DNA of 64,000 nt, from the NCBI GenBank assembly GCA_963814275.1, contig CAWFCE010000002.1:1003263-1067262 (forward strand), given 5' to 3'. The notes beneath the pieces are model-generated. The model ran no database searches, was not told the origin of the DNA, and was given only the letters and a program-made list of their open reading frames with translations. Made by a program: the position numbers and the translations under genes. This stretch comes from Candidatus Parcubacteria bacterium. Lineage in GTDB: Bacteria; Patescibacteriota; Patescibacteriia; Patescibacteriales; UBA12075. Positions 26,240-37,448 of the stretch are shown here, in pieces. Within the stretch, counting starts at the first letter, position 1, and each line of letters opens with the position of its first letter.

Positions 26240-26415
26240 AATTCCGGATTTAAAACCGATGCCAAGACCGGTTGTTTTAAGGTAGTTCACAATTCCCGCA
26301 ACAGCAAATAAAAGCGCATATTAATAGCTTTAATGAATAATATTGGCTAATTTGCTTCTATTGTTTTTTTGTATTATAATTCAAGCATAAGCAATAAATT
26401 AAAAGCAACAAACAT

Positions 26416-26790
26416 ATGCCGGAAAATAAGAAAAAAATCCTTATTATCGAAGATGAGGAATTGATCCTCAAAGCTTTGTCGGAGGGATTCAACCGGAGAG
26501 GATTCGACATCGTCAAAGCAGAGGACGGTAAGCGCGGGCTTGACCTGGTGGAAAGCGAGCAACCGGATTTGGTCCTATTGGACCTGATACTGCCGGTAAT
26601 GTCCGGGCAGGAACTTCTGGAACAAATGAAGCAAAAGGGCTTGGTCGAAAAAATACCGGTCATCATCCTGACCAACGTCTCGGATGGCGTTACCCTGAAG
26701 AAATGCATGTCTTTGGGGGCAAAAGATTACGTGATAAAAGCGAATTTTTCTTTTGAGGATATGGAGCGGGCGATCAAGAAAGTGCTTTGA
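26416..26790 (+). CDS. stand-alone response regulator receiver domain (CheY-like)
   Basis: KILIIEDEE…DLVLLDLILP…PVIILTN…KDYVIK. Confidence 0.85.
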   Translation: MPENKKKILIIEDEELILKALSEGFNRRGFDIVKAEDGKRGLDLVESEQPDLVLLDLILPVMSGQELLEQMKQKGLVEKIPVIILTNVSDGVTLKKCMSLGAKDYVIKANFSFEDMERAIKKVL

Positions 26791-26850
26791 TTTGTATTAA
26801 GTATTTAGTATCAAGTATTAAGTATTATTATAAATTCAGATATAATTTAA

Positions 26851-26874
26851 AACCGCCCTTAGGGCGGTTTTTTG
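26851..26874. terminator. bidirectional hairpin terminator
   Basis: aaccgccc-tta-gggcggtt followed by ttttt; lies between convergent genes. Confidence 0.7.
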
Positions 26875-26943
26875 GTGAGAATCCCGGGATTAGACGATGA
26901 AATTATTATTTGAATTATGATAATTCTGATTTTTGGGTAGGTT

Positions 26944-29124
26944 CTATTTGCGGTAGATCCTCATGCTGTTGGAGATGACCGTGAGGTCGGAGAAGCTCAT
27001 GGCCAGGGCGGCGATCATGGGGTTGACCAGGCCGAAGACGGCCAGCGGGATCGCCAGTACGTTATAGAAAAAAGCCCAAAACAGATTTTGTTTGATCACA
27101 TTGAACGTTTTTTGCGAAAGTTTGATCGCCTCCACGACCTTCATCGGATCGTTCTGCATGATAATAATGTCGCCTGCCTCTTTGGCGATGTCGGTTCCTC
27201 CGCCCATCGCTATCCCCAGGTCGGATTGCACGATTGCCGGCGCGTCGTTGATGCCGTCGCCGGCAAAAGCGACTTTTTTACCCTCAGCCTGCAGCTTCTT
27301 GACTTCGTTTTGCTTGTCGGCCGGCATTACTTCGTAGAGGTAGTTGTCGATGCCGACTTCGGCTGCGACATGCTTGACAACCGATGCGCTGTCGCCGGAG
27401 ATCATGTAGGGGGCCAGGCCCAGCTGTTTGACCCAGGAGACGGAATCCTTGGCTGTTTTCCTGATTCGGTCGGACAATAACAAGGCACCGACCAATTCTT
27501 TGCCGTGGACGACAAATAGCCAGCTGCCGATCTGGTCTCCGGTTTTGTAACTGGCGATGGTATTGTTGTCGAAGGCGATTTGGTTGGCGTCCAACAGTCT
27601 TTTGTTTCCCAGGAGGATATTGGTCCCGTGTTTGCGGCAGCGGCCGGACAGGCCCTGGCCGGGTATTTCTTTGAATTGATCGACATCGACAAAAACGACA
27701 TTTTTTTCTTGGCCGTATTTGTTGACGGCACGCGACAAGGGGTGTTCCGAGTTTTTGGCCAATGACGCAGCGATTTTCAGTACCTGGTTGCTGTCGGCGT
27801 CCGCCGAAAACGTAACAATGTCCGCTACCTCGACCTTGCCTTCTGTCAGGGTACCGGTCTTATCGAACATTATGACGTCGATATTCCTGGCCCGTTCGAA
27901 ACTTTCGCCGTTTTTGATCAGGATACCGCGCCGCGCGCCGACCGAAGACCCGACCATGATGGCAATCGGAGTGGCGATACCCAGGGCGCAGGGGCAGGAA
28001 ATAACCAGAACCGATACGGCCGCGATGATCCCCGACGCGAAATCGCCCGTGATCAAGATCCAGCCGACAAAGGTAAGCAGGGAGATGCCGACCACGACCG
28101 GTACGAAGACTGACGCAATCCGGTCCGCCAGGCGCTGGGCCGGCGCCTTGAAGCTCTGGGCCTCTTCGACGGTTTTGATTATCTGCGCCAGTACGGTCTT
28201 GTCGCCATCCTTGGTCACTTCGACCGATATGGCGCCGTCCTGATTGATCGTCGCGCCGTAAACCTCGCTGCCGGACAGCTTGTAAACCGGCAAACTTTCG
28301 CCGGAGAGCATCGATTCATCGATATTGGATTGGCCGGACGTAACCACGCCGTCCAGGGGGATCTTCTCGCCGGGTTTGACTGTGATGGTGTCGCCGATCT
28401 TGACCTGGCCAATCGGGACCATCGCCTCACTCCCGTCTTGGGCGAGCAATCGCGCTTCCTTGACTCCGAGCTCCATCAGTTTGCGCATAGCCAAAGACGC
28501 CCGGTCGCGCGTTTTGAACTCCAGATAGCGGCCCAGGAGGATGAGGGCGGTGATCGTAGCGGCGCTTTCAAAATACAAATGCCCGCCCCGGAACATGGAA
28601 TAAGTGCTATAGCCATAGGCGGCCAGGGTGCCCAGTGAAATCAAGGTGTCCATGTCGGTCTGGCCGTGCCGGAGGGCGCGCAGGGCATTGCGGTGGAATT
28701 CGAAGCCGAAAATGAAAACCACCAAAAAGGCCAGATCGTGCTGCAACCAGGCGGTGAAGCTGACTCCGAGGATCTCACCGGGTATCTCCCACATCCAGAG
28801 CATGCGTACGATCAGGGGCAGGGAAAAAAGTACGGCAAAAATGACCTTGAGTTTCAGCATTTTTTCACTTCTGGTCCCATGGCTATGGCTTTGGCCGTCA
28901 CCCGGAGCGGTTTCATTTTCAATGACCTGGTATCCGGTTTCGGTGATTACTTTTTTTATTTCTGCGAGTTTGATCTTTCCTTCGTCATAAACGATATTGG
29001 CCTTGCCGGCGGTAAAATTGACCTCGGCTTTTTCGACCCCTTCTTTTCGCTTGAGATTGATCGTAATATTGGCGGCGCAGGAGGCACAATGCATGCCGCC
29101 GATCTTAAGTGATATAGTAGGCAT
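26944..29124 (-). CDS. copA: copper-translocating P1B-type ATPase
   Basis: HMA domain [11 protein letters not shown] motif ([11 protein letters not shown]), [15 protein letters not shown]. Confidence 0.9.
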   Translation of the reverse strand: MPTISLKIGGMHCASCAANITINLKRKEGVEKAEVNFTAGKANIVYDEGKIKLAEIKKVITETGYQVIENETAPGDGQSHSHGTRSEKMLKLKVIFAVLFSLPLIVRMLWMWEIPGEILGVSFTAWLQHDLAFLVVFIFGFEFHRNALRALRHGQTDMDTLISLGTLAAYGYSTYSMFRGGHLYFESAATITALILLGRYLEFKTRDRASLAMRKLMELGVKEARLLAQDGSEAMVPIGQVKIGDTITVKPGEKIPLDGVVTSGQSNIDESMLSGESLPVYKLSGSEVYGATINQDGAISVEVTKDGDKTVLAQIIKTVEEAQSFKAPAQRLADRIASVFVPVVVGISLLTFVGWILITGDFASGIIAAVSVLVISCPCALGIATPIAIMVGSSVGARRGILIKNGESFERARNIDVIMFDKTGTLTEGKVEVADIVTFSADADSNQVLKIAASLAKNSEHPLSRAVNKYGQEKNVVFVDVDQFKEIPGQGLSGRCRKHGTNILLGNKRLLDANQIAFDNNTIASYKTGDQIGSWLFVVHGKELVGALLLSDRIRKTAKDSVSWVKQLGLAPYMISGDSASVVKHVAAEVGIDNYLYEVMPADKQNEVKKLQAEGKKVAFAGDGINDAPAIVQSDLGIAMGGGTDIAKEAGDIIIMQNDPMKVVEAIKLSQKTFNVIKQNLFWAFFYNVLAIPLAVFGLVNPMIAALAMSFSDLTVISNSMRIYRK

Positions 29125-29223
29125 AGTGTATATAGTTAATTGATTATGGTATAGGTTGTGGTAGCATGGCTGTAAGACTATCGACAGGGGAAGTATTAGC
29201 CGGCTCCGCAGCCGACGCTCACA

Positions 29224-30642
29224 TTACATGAGTGTTTTTCCAATATCATCCGTAGTTTCGGCGGTTTTGGCAGCGGCCGGAGCGGAAGCGCCTTCTTCCG
29301 TCACTATGAATTTGCCCCAGACCATTCTCATCCAGCAGGAAAATTTGAGCTCTCCGGATCTGGTCGGGGTGAATTCGATTATATTCTCTCCGGAATGCAG
29401 TTTTTGCTTAATGTTGTAATCCGGCAAGAGTATCTCGTTGGTACAACCGGTAATTTCGTCGCCGCTAATAACCCAGCGGACGGGAATACCTTTTTTGATA
29501 TACAGGACATTTGGCTGGTAGCCGCGATAAGTGACGGCCATCTTGACTGTTTGGACCTCACCCGATGGTGATGACGGGCTAATTTGGGTTTGGGCGACGG
29601 AGTTCTTCGCCAATAGCGTCCGAGCACCCAGTCCGAAATTCGTCAGGCCGCGGTTAAGCATGAGTAAGGCCAGGCCAATGACCACTACCCCCGAAAAACG
29701 CATCATCTGTTTGACGCGCGAACGGTTGATAAGCGACAAAATGCCGCCGAATAGGAGCAGTACCGGAAAAGTGCCCAGCGCGTATACGCCCATGGCCACC
29801 GCGCCCTGCCAGGCGCTGCCGGTGGTCAAGGCGAATAGCTGCATCGCCTGCAGCGGTCCGCAAGGCATGAAAGCCGTCAATAAACCGATGATAAACGGCC
29901 CCTTGGGCTTGTCGGAACGCCGGTTACGGAAAAGGAAGCGGGCGATGAAGTCGGGGGTTTTGAGCTTGATCGCTTTAAGCAGACGGTGTTCGGTCATGAG
30001 GGACAAGCCCATCAAGACCATAAAACCGGCGGCAATGATCAGGATATAACCGGAAACGCTCGGGTTAAGGCCGAAGAACGATCCGATGCCGCCCAGTACC
30101 GTCCCGACGATGGTATACGATATTAATCGTCCCAGATTATAAAAAATATGCGGCTTCATGCCTTTGAGGATATTTTTTCCTGTGCTCTCCGGGCGTGACA
30201 CGGAATAAGATACTATCAGGCCGCCGCACATTCCGACGCAGTGGAAACTGGCCAAAAGTCCGATCACGAAAACCAGCCAAACGCTTATTGTCCCTTCATT
30301 AAGCTTGCCCATTAGCGATAACAGACCCAGGCGGTCGATTATAAAATATCCGAAAATGAGAACTATTATCAGGGCGCCGGCCATAAATAGCGGTTTGCGT
30401 CCGGATCTTTTATCGATTTTTTCTTCGTCTGCTATGGGCGACACGCCATAATTAAGTTTTTTTATCTCTTTAAATATTTCTTTGTCCGTGATTTCGGCCT
30501 CGTCATATTCCAAGCTTAAATTGCCGGTAGAAAAATTCACATCGGCCCTCTTGACCCCGGGCAGATCGGACAGCTCCGTTTCGATCAGAGTCTTACAGCT
30601 CCGGCAATGCATGCCGGTTATTTTGACTGAATTTTTTTTCAT
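29224..30642 (-). CDS. HMA domain, DsbD_2/TauE-like membrane domain and C-terminal cupredoxin-like domain fusion protein
   Basis: N-terminal GMHCRSC; membrane core with FHCVGMCGG; C-terminal …CTNEILLPDY…FSCWMRMVWGKFIV. Confidence 0.7.
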   Translation of the reverse strand: MKKNSVKITGMHCRSCKTLIETELSDLPGVKRADVNFSTGNLSLEYDEAEITDKEIFKEIKKLNYGVSPIADEEKIDKRSGRKPLFMAGALIIVLIFGYFIIDRLGLLSLMGKLNEGTISVWLVFVIGLLASFHCVGMCGGLIVSYSVSRPESTGKNILKGMKPHIFYNLGRLISYTIVGTVLGGIGSFFGLNPSVSGYILIIAAGFMVLMGLSLMTEHRLLKAIKLKTPDFIARFLFRNRRSDKPKGPFIIGLLTAFMPCGPLQAMQLFALTTGSAWQGAVAMGVYALGTFPVLLLFGGILSLINRSRVKQMMRFSGVVVIGLALLMLNRGLTNFGLGARTLLAKNSVAQTQISPSSPSGEVQTVKMAVTYRGYQPNVLYIKKGIPVRWVISGDEITGCTNEILLPDYNIKQKLHSGENIIEFTPTRSGELKFSCWMRMVWGKFIVTEEGASAPAAAKTAETTDDIGKTLM

Positions 30643-30679
30643 ATAAGAGCGTTAGATGTTAAAATATATTTATTATAAT

Positions 30680-31393
30680 TTATTGCGCAAAACTTTCCGT
30701 GACGACATCATTAAACACGGATAGCGTCATCAGTCCGACGAATTTATTGCCGTTAATGAAGGTGGTGGGTATGTTCGTCACGCCGGCATGGAGGCCTTCG
30801 CTATGTTCCACGGCAACACGGTCGGCATATTTGCCGTCATTGAGGCAGGCATAATAGCTATTCTTGTCCAGCCCCAACTCTTCATCCAGCGAAAAGAGGA
30901 AATTGCGGCTAATGCTGTTCTGATTTCTAAAGATAAAATCAACGGTCTTCCAGAGCTTGCCTTGCTCGCCGGCGCATTCGACCGCCTCGGCCGCCATGAA
31001 TGAATCGGGATACACTTCGGTTTTGGGAAAGTGTTTAAAAGTCAATTTGTACTCAGGGTTCGAAAATAGATAATCTTTGAGCATGAAATACTGTTCGGCG
31101 CAATAAGGGCAGCTTAGATCGAAATATACGGTAATTTCCTTGTCTGCCAGAATATTGCCCAACTGTAAATTTTCCGGACGTGCAATGACGGCCGGTCCGG
31201 TCTTGGCAATACTGTTTGCCATTTGCCCCTGTCCTATCGATGGCTTAGAAAAAAAACTTTCCACTATGACCAACGATATACCGAGACCGGCAACAAATAT
31301 CGACATGGCCAGGACCGCAAAAAGGATCGGGGGAATGGATAGTTTATGGCCCGGTTTTTTACTTAATAATTGTTTAATTTGCTTTAGATGCAT
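30680..31393 (-). CDS. DsbA-family thiol:disulfide oxidoreductase, membrane-anchored
   Basis: CPYC active site (DLSCPYCAEQ). The start is uncertain; the track ORF extends to 31462 with a TTG. Confidence 0.75.
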   Translation of the reverse strand: MHLKQIKQLLSKKPGHKLSIPPILFAVLAMSIFVAGLGISLVIVESFFSKPSIGQGQMANSIAKTGPAVIARPENLQLGNILADKEITVYFDLSCPYCAEQYFMLKDYLFSNPEYKLTFKHFPKTEVYPDSFMAAEAVECAGEQGKLWKTVDFIFRNQNSISRNFLFSLDEELGLDKNSYYACLNDGKYADRVAVEHSEGLHAGVTNIPTTFINGNKFVGLMTLSVFNDVVTESFAQ

Positions 31394-31540
31394 ACTATTT
31401 TTTAAAGTTTCTAATAAATCTGGCCCTGTTTGCGGGCCAAGAAGGCTTTCGGAGCGGACCAATCATTTTTGTGATATAATTTATAAACATGATTTGCATT
31501 CTGTTGACCGGACAGGGGAGGAGCGGCGATTTACAAACGG

Positions 31541-31813
31541 TCACTTGTTGTAAAGCTTGTTCACTTTTAGTATTTCATCGACCATTCCCTGCTTTATTTT
31601 CTCATTTTTAGCCGCCAGGGCGTTTTTGAAACAGGTATTCAGATGGTTTTCCATCAGCATTTCATGGGCCGATTTGAGCAGGCCGACTACGGCCAGGTTT
31701 TGCTGCATAATATCGATGCAATATTCATTTTCTTCGGTCATATTTATTATTTTGTCGATTAAACTCCTTGCTTTTTTCATGGCAATAAGCGCTTTGTCTT
31801 TTTTTAGGGTCAT
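31541..31813 (-). CDS. csoR: CsoR/RcnR-family metal-sensing transcriptional repressor
   Basis: C…H-x3-C signature (EYCIDIM…ENHLNTC). Met at MTLKKDK is preferred over the longer track ORF. Confidence 0.85.
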   Translation of the reverse strand: MTLKKDKALIAMKKARSLIDKIINMTEENEYCIDIMQQNLAVVGLLKSAHEMLMENHLNTCFKNALAAKNEKIKQGMVDEILKVNKLYNK

Positions 31814-31909
31814 AAATCGTTGATTATAATGCTTTATGAATTTACTATTTGAAACAGTAATAAAAAATACATTATATTTAATTAATAATATTAGCAATAA
31901 ATAACTAGT

Positions 31910-31936
31910 TATACCCATACCCTAGGTATGGGTATA
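31910..31936. promoter_or_regulatory. candidate CsoR operator: perfect 12-nt inverted repeat
   Basis: TATACCCATACC-cta-GGTATGGGTATA, about 97 nt upstream of csoR, in the divergent intergenic region. Confidence 0.55.
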
Positions 31937-32101
31937 CACATAGTATAACATAAGAGTTGGCGATTTACAATTGGCAATTAAATGATTATAATTAGAGTAA
32001 ACAGCAGGCAGGAATAAAGGGCCGGACCGAAGAGATAAAACAGCCATATTCCGGAATGAAGAAACAAATTTGCGTGGTAAGTGAATTTATAAATAAATAA
32101 A

Positions 32102-33310
32102 ATGATAATGTATCGGCTATATTTACTAATTCTGCTAATGTTCGCGGTATTAATCCCTGTTTCGGTTTCTGCCGGACTCGGCAGCAAGCTGTCCGGGCAG
32201 ATATTGCTGAATGTCGAGGGCAATGGCGAAGCCTGGTATGTCTGGCCGGAAAACAGCCAGCGCTATTACCTCGGCCGGCCGGCTGACGCGTTTGCTGTTA
32301 TGCGCGAGCTCGGCTTGGGCATCAGCGAAGCCGATTTCCAGAAGATCGCCCAGAATGGAATGCCGGTGGCCGGCGATACGATTCTGGCCGCGCGCCTGTC
32401 CGGCCGTATTATATTGCAGGTCGAAAAAAACGGTGAAGCCTGGTACATATATCCAAAGGATCTCAGGAAATATTACCTCGGCCGCCCCGATGACGCTTTC
32501 CGCATAATGCGTGAACTATCCCTGGGGATCACCCGCGAAAATCTCGCGAAAGTGCACAAACCCGGGACAGAAGAGTCGCTGGACGAATATTCGAAATATG
32601 AGCATGCCAAGATCACGACCGCGGCCGGCACTTTCTCGACCGATATCATTACGATTGACCTCGCGAACCCCAGGCTGCGCATCATTACCGACACTGCCCA
32701 GGATTTCAATTGTAAAAACGATTGTACGGCCAAACCGCTGGGCGAATACGTACTTGGCCATGACGGCTTCGCCGCGATCAATGCCACATATTTCGATACC
32801 AGCGCCGCCAAGGCCAATTATTATTTCTTTCCGGTTTATCGCAGCAGCGACCATACCCTGATCAATGAAGATCAGCTAAAATATTGGACGACCGGACCAA
32901 TCATGGCCTGGGATGTAAATAATAAATTTTACTATTTCAAAGACAGCCGTGAGTTCAAAAGCGTAGCGGATTTCGAAAATAAGTTTGGCGTAAAATTGCA
33001 GGCAGCCCTGGGCAATAAGCCGCGCCTGATCGAGGACGGCATGAATCTGCTGATCGAATGGGATATCGATGCCAGCCAGCGGGATGTCAAATCCACCCGC
33101 AACGCCATCGGGTACAAAGACAATACCGTTTATCTGGTCGTAACCTACAATGCAACCGTGCCGGAATTGGCCGATATAATGAAAAAACTCGGTGTCCAAT
33201 ACGCCCTCAATCTGGATGGGGGCTCATCGTCCGCATTATGGTATAATGATGAATATATGGTCGGTCCCGGCCGTGAAATACCGACTGCTATTGTATTTGC
33301 CGAGGAGTAA
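32102..33310 (+). CDS. secreted phosphodiester glycosidase (DUF2233/NAGPA-like) family protein with two N-terminal ~60-aa repeats
   Basis: Signal peptide; duplicated GxILLxVExNGEAWYxxPxxxxxYYLGRPxDAFxxMRELxLGI; C-terminal LNLDGGSSSALWYN. Confidence 0.65.
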   Translation: MIMYRLYLLILLMFAVLIPVSVSAGLGSKLSGQILLNVEGNGEAWYVWPENSQRYYLGRPADAFAVMRELGLGISEADFQKIAQNGMPVAGDTILAARLSGRIILQVEKNGEAWYIYPKDLRKYYLGRPDDAFRIMRELSLGITRENLAKVHKPGTEESLDEYSKYEHAKITTAAGTFSTDIITIDLANPRLRIITDTAQDFNCKNDCTAKPLGEYVLGHDGFAAINATYFDTSAAKANYYFFPVYRSSDHTLINEDQLKYWTTGPIMAWDVNNKFYYFKDSREFKSVADFENKFGVKLQAALGNKPRLIEDGMNLLIEWDIDASQRDVKSTRNAIGYKDNTVYLVVTYNATVPELADIMKKLGVQYALNLDGGSSSALWYNDEYMVGPGREIPTAIVFAEE

Positions 33311-33516
33311 ATATGCATCGAATAAAGCCTGCGCGCCGTTAATGGTTTATCGCATATGCAAGGCCTTCAAGTCTAATTAATGACAAATTCGAATATTTAC
33401 AACCATTAGAGTAAGGGGAAAAATTATCATTTACGCCGATAATGTCTTCGCAACAGACAGATATAACACAATTTTTAATCATTCGCATTTTCGTACTAAT
33501 TAGTAATTCGTAGCTT

Positions 33517-34233
33517 ATGAATTTGAAAGATTTTAAAAATCTAATTTACGGCATTTCCACCAAGATGGACGGCAGTATGAAGCTTCTGACCGCGGAAAAT
33601 GACGCAAATTCGGATAACCGGCTGCATTTTTTTGCCGGATTGGGCATTGGCATGGACCGGGTGGTCTCCGCCCGGCTGGCCCATGGCGGCAAAGTGAAAA
33701 ATGTCGACCGGTCGTATGGCGGCCGCATCCTCGATAATATCGACGGCTTGGCCACCCAAGAGCCGGACCTGATATTGGCGATCACTATAGCCGATTGCCT
33801 GCCGGTTTATTTCTATAATCCCGATGATCACGCTATCGGCATTTGCCACGCTGGCTGGCGCGGAATACAGCAGGGGATTATAGCGAATACCTGCCAGGCG
33901 CTAAAGGAGGATTTCGGCGCAAAAGCGGAAGAAACGATCGTTTTCGTCGGGCCGCATATCCGCTCTTGCCATTTCGAAGTGAAAAAGGATGTATGGACCC
34001 ATTTTGAATCTATACCGGAAGCGGTTATTGTCCGTGACGGCAAACGGTATTTGGACCTTTCCAAAGTAGTGAAAAATATATTGCTGAACAACGGTTATCG
34101 CGAGGAGAATATCGGCATCAGCCCGGAATGTACGCAATGCCAGCCGCAAAAATATTTTTCCTTCCGCCGTGATAAGCCGGAAGTCATCGAAGCGATGGTA
34201 GCGTATATCGGACTGAAGAAAGCGGCTTTCTGA
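33517..34233 (+). CDS. pgeF: YfiH/PgeF (DUF152) purine nucleoside phosphorylase / laccase-domain protein
   Basis: TIADCLPVYF…ICHAGWRG…CHFEV. Confidence 0.85.
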   Translation: MNLKDFKNLIYGISTKMDGSMKLLTAENDANSDNRLHFFAGLGIGMDRVVSARLAHGGKVKNVDRSYGGRILDNIDGLATQEPDLILAITIADCLPVYFYNPDDHAIGICHAGWRGIQQGIIANTCQALKEDFGAKAEETIVFVGPHIRSCHFEVKKDVWTHFESIPEAVIVRDGKRYLDLSKVVKNILLNNGYREENIGISPECTQCQPQKYFSFRRDKPEVIEAMVAYIGLKKAAF

Positions 34234-34342
34234 ATGCAGATATCTGCCGCCTGCGGAGGCGGCGGGATTCAGCCGTTTTTCTCCGGAATCCGATAATCGC
34301 ATTCGACCAGGGCAAGGCCGGTAAATTGAGGATATTAATATT

Positions 34343-34660
34343 ATGGATGATAAAAAAACAATACTCGAAAAATTGATTGATGATGTCGGAAGTAGCGGCG
34401 AGGCGGTGTTGAGGGTAAAAGCGAGAGTGAACGCGCCCAGTACGGGATTACGGGATATTATGGCCGACGGCACCTGGAAAATAGAAGTGGCGGCAGTGCC
34501 GGAGAAAGGCAAAGCCAACCGAGAACTTATCCGTTATTTGGCTGGAATATTTGAAGTGAAACGGGCGAATATAAAAATCCTTCACGGAGAAAAAGAAAAA
34601 TTTAAGATTATTAAAATTTTAGTCAGCGGAAAACGGAAAGAGGAAAGCGGAAAATCATAA
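34343..34660 (+). CDS. DUF167 (YggU) family protein
   Basis: …VAAVPEKGKANRELIRYLAGIFEVKRANIKILHGEKEKFKIIKI. Confidence 0.75.
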   Translation: MDDKKTILEKLIDDVGSSGEAVLRVKARVNAPSTGLRDIMADGTWKIEVAAVPEKGKANRELIRYLAGIFEVKRANIKILHGEKEKFKIIKILVSGKRKEESGKS

Positions 34661-34662
34661 AT

Positions 34663-35307
34663 ATGGATCATTTTTTTCAAAAGAAAAGCGGCTGGAAGGA
34701 TTATTTGATGCTAAAATCGGTAAATCCGGTTGTCAGGATCCTGACATTAACCGATTTTTTGGTTTTATCCGGTTTTGGTTTGTTCGGGCCGATATTCGCG
34801 ATCTTCGTGAGCGACAGCATCAGGGGCGGTTCGGTGGAAGTGGTGGGAATAGCGGAAGCGCTTTATTTATTGACCAAAGGGCTTTTACAGATCCCGATTG
34901 CCAGTGTTATCGACAAGATAAAGGGAGAAAGAGATGATTTTTGGGCGTTGTTTATCGGAACATTGGTTTACAGCTTTATCCCGATCATGTATATCCTGAT
35001 CCGGACGCCAATGCAGCTGTACCTGGTCCAGATCGTTTACGGCGCTGCCTCCGCATTGACTCTGCCTAGCTGGTATGCTTTGTTCACGCGCCACGTCGAT
35101 AAGAACCATGAAGGCATCGAGTGGGGCGTATACCGGACATTTACCGATTTTGGCGGGGCGGTTTCCGCTTCGATTGGCGGGCTTCTCGCCTATCGCTACG
35201 GATTTGCCCGCTTATTCATCTTGGTCAGCATAATATCGATAATCGGCACGATCTTCCTGGCCGGTGTATACAACAAACTGCGCCGGGGACGGGTGACCGG
35301 CAAATAA
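34663..35307 (+). CDS. polytopic membrane protein (half-size MFS-like)
   Basis: About 6 hydrophobic helices; no diagnostic motif. Confidence 0.45.
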   Translation: MDHFFQKKSGWKDYLMLKSVNPVVRILTLTDFLVLSGFGLFGPIFAIFVSDSIRGGSVEVVGIAEALYLLTKGLLQIPIASVIDKIKGERDDFWALFIGTLVYSFIPIMYILIRTPMQLYLVQIVYGAASALTLPSWYALFTRHVDKNHEGIEWGVYRTFTDFGGAVSASIGGLLAYRYGFARLFILVSIISIIGTIFLAGVYNKLRRGRVTGK

Positions 35308-35353
35308 ATCCGCTTCCGGTGATTTCATATTAACGCAAATCATAATAATTCAT

Positions 35354-36064
35354 ATGAGCGAAAATGAAACGTTAAAATCAAATATACCCGCCCATGTCGG
35401 AATCATAATGGACGGCAACCGGCGCTGGGCCAAGGAACGGAATCTCCCCACTCTGGAGGGGCATGCCAAGGGGTATGAGAAAATGAAACAGTGCGGGGAT
35501 TGGTTTTTCCCGCGCGGCGTTAAGATCCTGAGCGTATTCGCCTTTTCGACGGAAAATTGGAACCGTTCCCAGAGTGAAGTGAATTATCTCATGAAATTGC
35601 TGGGACGCTCGCTTATGGACAATTTGGATGATTTCCATTCCCGCGGCTACCGGGTGCTTATATCCGGACGCATCGAAGAACTACCCGGTGACCTGCCGGA
35701 GCTCTGCCGTAATGCCATTGCCCAGACCGAAACCAACAAGAAAGGCACCCTCAATATCTGCATCAACTACGGCGGCAGGGCGGAAATCGTGGACGCGGTA
35801 AAGAAAATATTCGCCAAACAACTGACCGCGGATCAAATACATGAAGGCATGATCAGAAAATATTTGTACCAGCCGGAGCTGTCTGATCCGGATATTATCG
35901 TGCGCACGTCGGGGGAAGAGCGCTTATCGGGCTTCCAGCTTTGGGAAGGAACCTATAGCGAGCTGATGTTCATAAAAAAGTATTGGCCGGACTTCGAGAG
36001 AACGGATGCCGAGGCGATAATAGAGGAGTATGGGCTCCGGAAAAGGCGTTTTGGGGGAAATTGA
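35354..36064 (+). CDS. uppS: undecaprenyl-diphosphate synthase (cis-prenyltransferase)
   Basis: HVGIIMDGNRRWA; FAFSTENWNR; RTSGEERLSGFQLW. Confidence 0.9.
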   Translation: MSENETLKSNIPAHVGIIMDGNRRWAKERNLPTLEGHAKGYEKMKQCGDWFFPRGVKILSVFAFSTENWNRSQSEVNYLMKLLGRSLMDNLDDFHSRGYRVLISGRIEELPGDLPELCRNAIAQTETNKKGTLNICINYGGRAEIVDAVKKIFAKQLTADQIHEGMIRKYLYQPELSDPDIIVRTSGEERLSGFQLWEGTYSELMFIKKYWPDFERTDAEAIIEEYGLRKRRFGGN

Positions 36065-36117
36065 TTGAATATTTAGGCATTTTATAATTGCAAAAAGAAT
36101 AACCAACAATACTAGAT

Positions 36118-37329
36118 ATGGCAAAAACGGAAAAAGACAAACGGCCGTTGGCGGACAGGATCAGGCCGCAAACCATTGATGAATTCCTCGGACAGGAGGA
36201 AGTGGTCGGGCAGGGGAAGATGCTCAGGCTGGCGATCGAATCGGACTCTCTTCCTTCAATGATATTTTGGGGTCCGCCCGGCAGCGGTAAAACCACCCTG
36301 GCGTCGATCATTGCCAGGCAAACCAAAGCAGCCTTCCTGCAGATAAGCGCCGTTACCAGCGGGATGAAAGACCTGCGCACCATAATAAAAGAAGCGAAAG
36401 CCAACCAGATCGAAGAGAAAAAAACGATCCTTTTCATCGACGAGATCCACCGCTGGAACAAATCGCAGCAGGATGCGCTTCTGCCGCATGTCGAGAACGG
36501 TACTTTGATCCTGATCGGCGCGACCACGGAAAATCCCAGCTTTGAGGTCCGGGGCGCGCTTTTGTCGCGCTGTCGGGTCTTTGTCCTTTATCGTTTGTCC
36601 GATGAACATATCGAACGGATAATCCGCCACGCCCTAAAAGACGAGGACAGGGGATTGGGCCAGAAAAACATCGAGATCGGCGATGATGCCGTAAAATTAT
36701 TGGCGCAAATGAGCAATGGGGACGCCCGTACGGCGCTTAATATTCTCGAATATTCCGGAACGATCAACCGCAAGATTACGGTTGACGCCATCAAGGAAGC
36801 ATTCCAGAAATCCCATTTAATGTACGACAAGGACGGCGAAGAGCATTATAATATCATTTCCGCGCTGCATAAGTCGATGCGCGGTTCCGACGCCAATGCC
36901 GCATTGTACTGGCTGGCGCGAATGCTGGAAGCCGGAGAAGATCCGCTATATGTTGCCCGGCGCCTGGTGCGTTTTGCCAGCGAAGATATCGGCCTGGCCA
37001 ACAGCCGCGCCCTGGAACAGGCCGTAGCCGCTTACCAAGCCTGCCATTTCATCGGTATGCCGGAATGCAACGTCATACTGGCGCAGACCGTGGTCTATAT
37101 GGCTAAATGCGACAAATCCAACGGTCTTTATCTGGCATACAAAGAAGCGGCCCGCGACGTCAGGGAGAAAGGCAATTTGCCGGTACCGCTCCATATCCGC
37201 AACGCTCCGACCAAGCTGATGAAGGACCTTGGCTATGGCAAGGATTACAAATATTCGCCAAGCCATGGGTACAAAGAGGACCAGGAGTATTTGCCGGAGA
37301 AGCTTAAGGACAAAAAATATATTAAATAG
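36118..37329 (+). CDS. rarA: replication-associated recombination protein A (AAA+ ATPase)
   Basis: GPPGSGKTTLA; FIDEIHRWNKSQQDALLP; C-terminal MgsA domain (ISALHKSMRGSD…LYWLARM). Confidence 0.9.
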   Translation: MAKTEKDKRPLADRIRPQTIDEFLGQEEVVGQGKMLRLAIESDSLPSMIFWGPPGSGKTTLASIIARQTKAAFLQISAVTSGMKDLRTIIKEAKANQIEEKKTILFIDEIHRWNKSQQDALLPHVENGTLILIGATTENPSFEVRGALLSRCRVFVLYRLSDEHIERIIRHALKDEDRGLGQKNIEIGDDAVKLLAQMSNGDARTALNILEYSGTINRKITVDAIKEAFQKSHLMYDKDGEEHYNIISALHKSMRGSDANAALYWLARMLEAGEDPLYVARRLVRFASEDIGLANSRALEQAVAAYQACHFIGMPECNVILAQTVVYMAKCDKSNGLYLAYKEAARDVREKGNLPVPLHIRNAPTKLMKDLGYGKDYKYSPSHGYKEDQEYLPEKLKDKKYIK

Positions 37330-37448
37330 ATAGATATAGACGAAAGAAAACAAATATATAAATTGAAAATTAAATTTTTTGGATTGTATTATTACTTAGA
37401 TATTTTTAATAATTTTAAAAAATTTATAATAAAAAAAATTAAAATCAT

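Noticed and set aside
26793-26835. AAGTATT-rich repetitive tract after the response regulator gene
   Set aside because: It is a short AT-rich low-complexity run directly before a terminator, with no symmetric or conserved structure.
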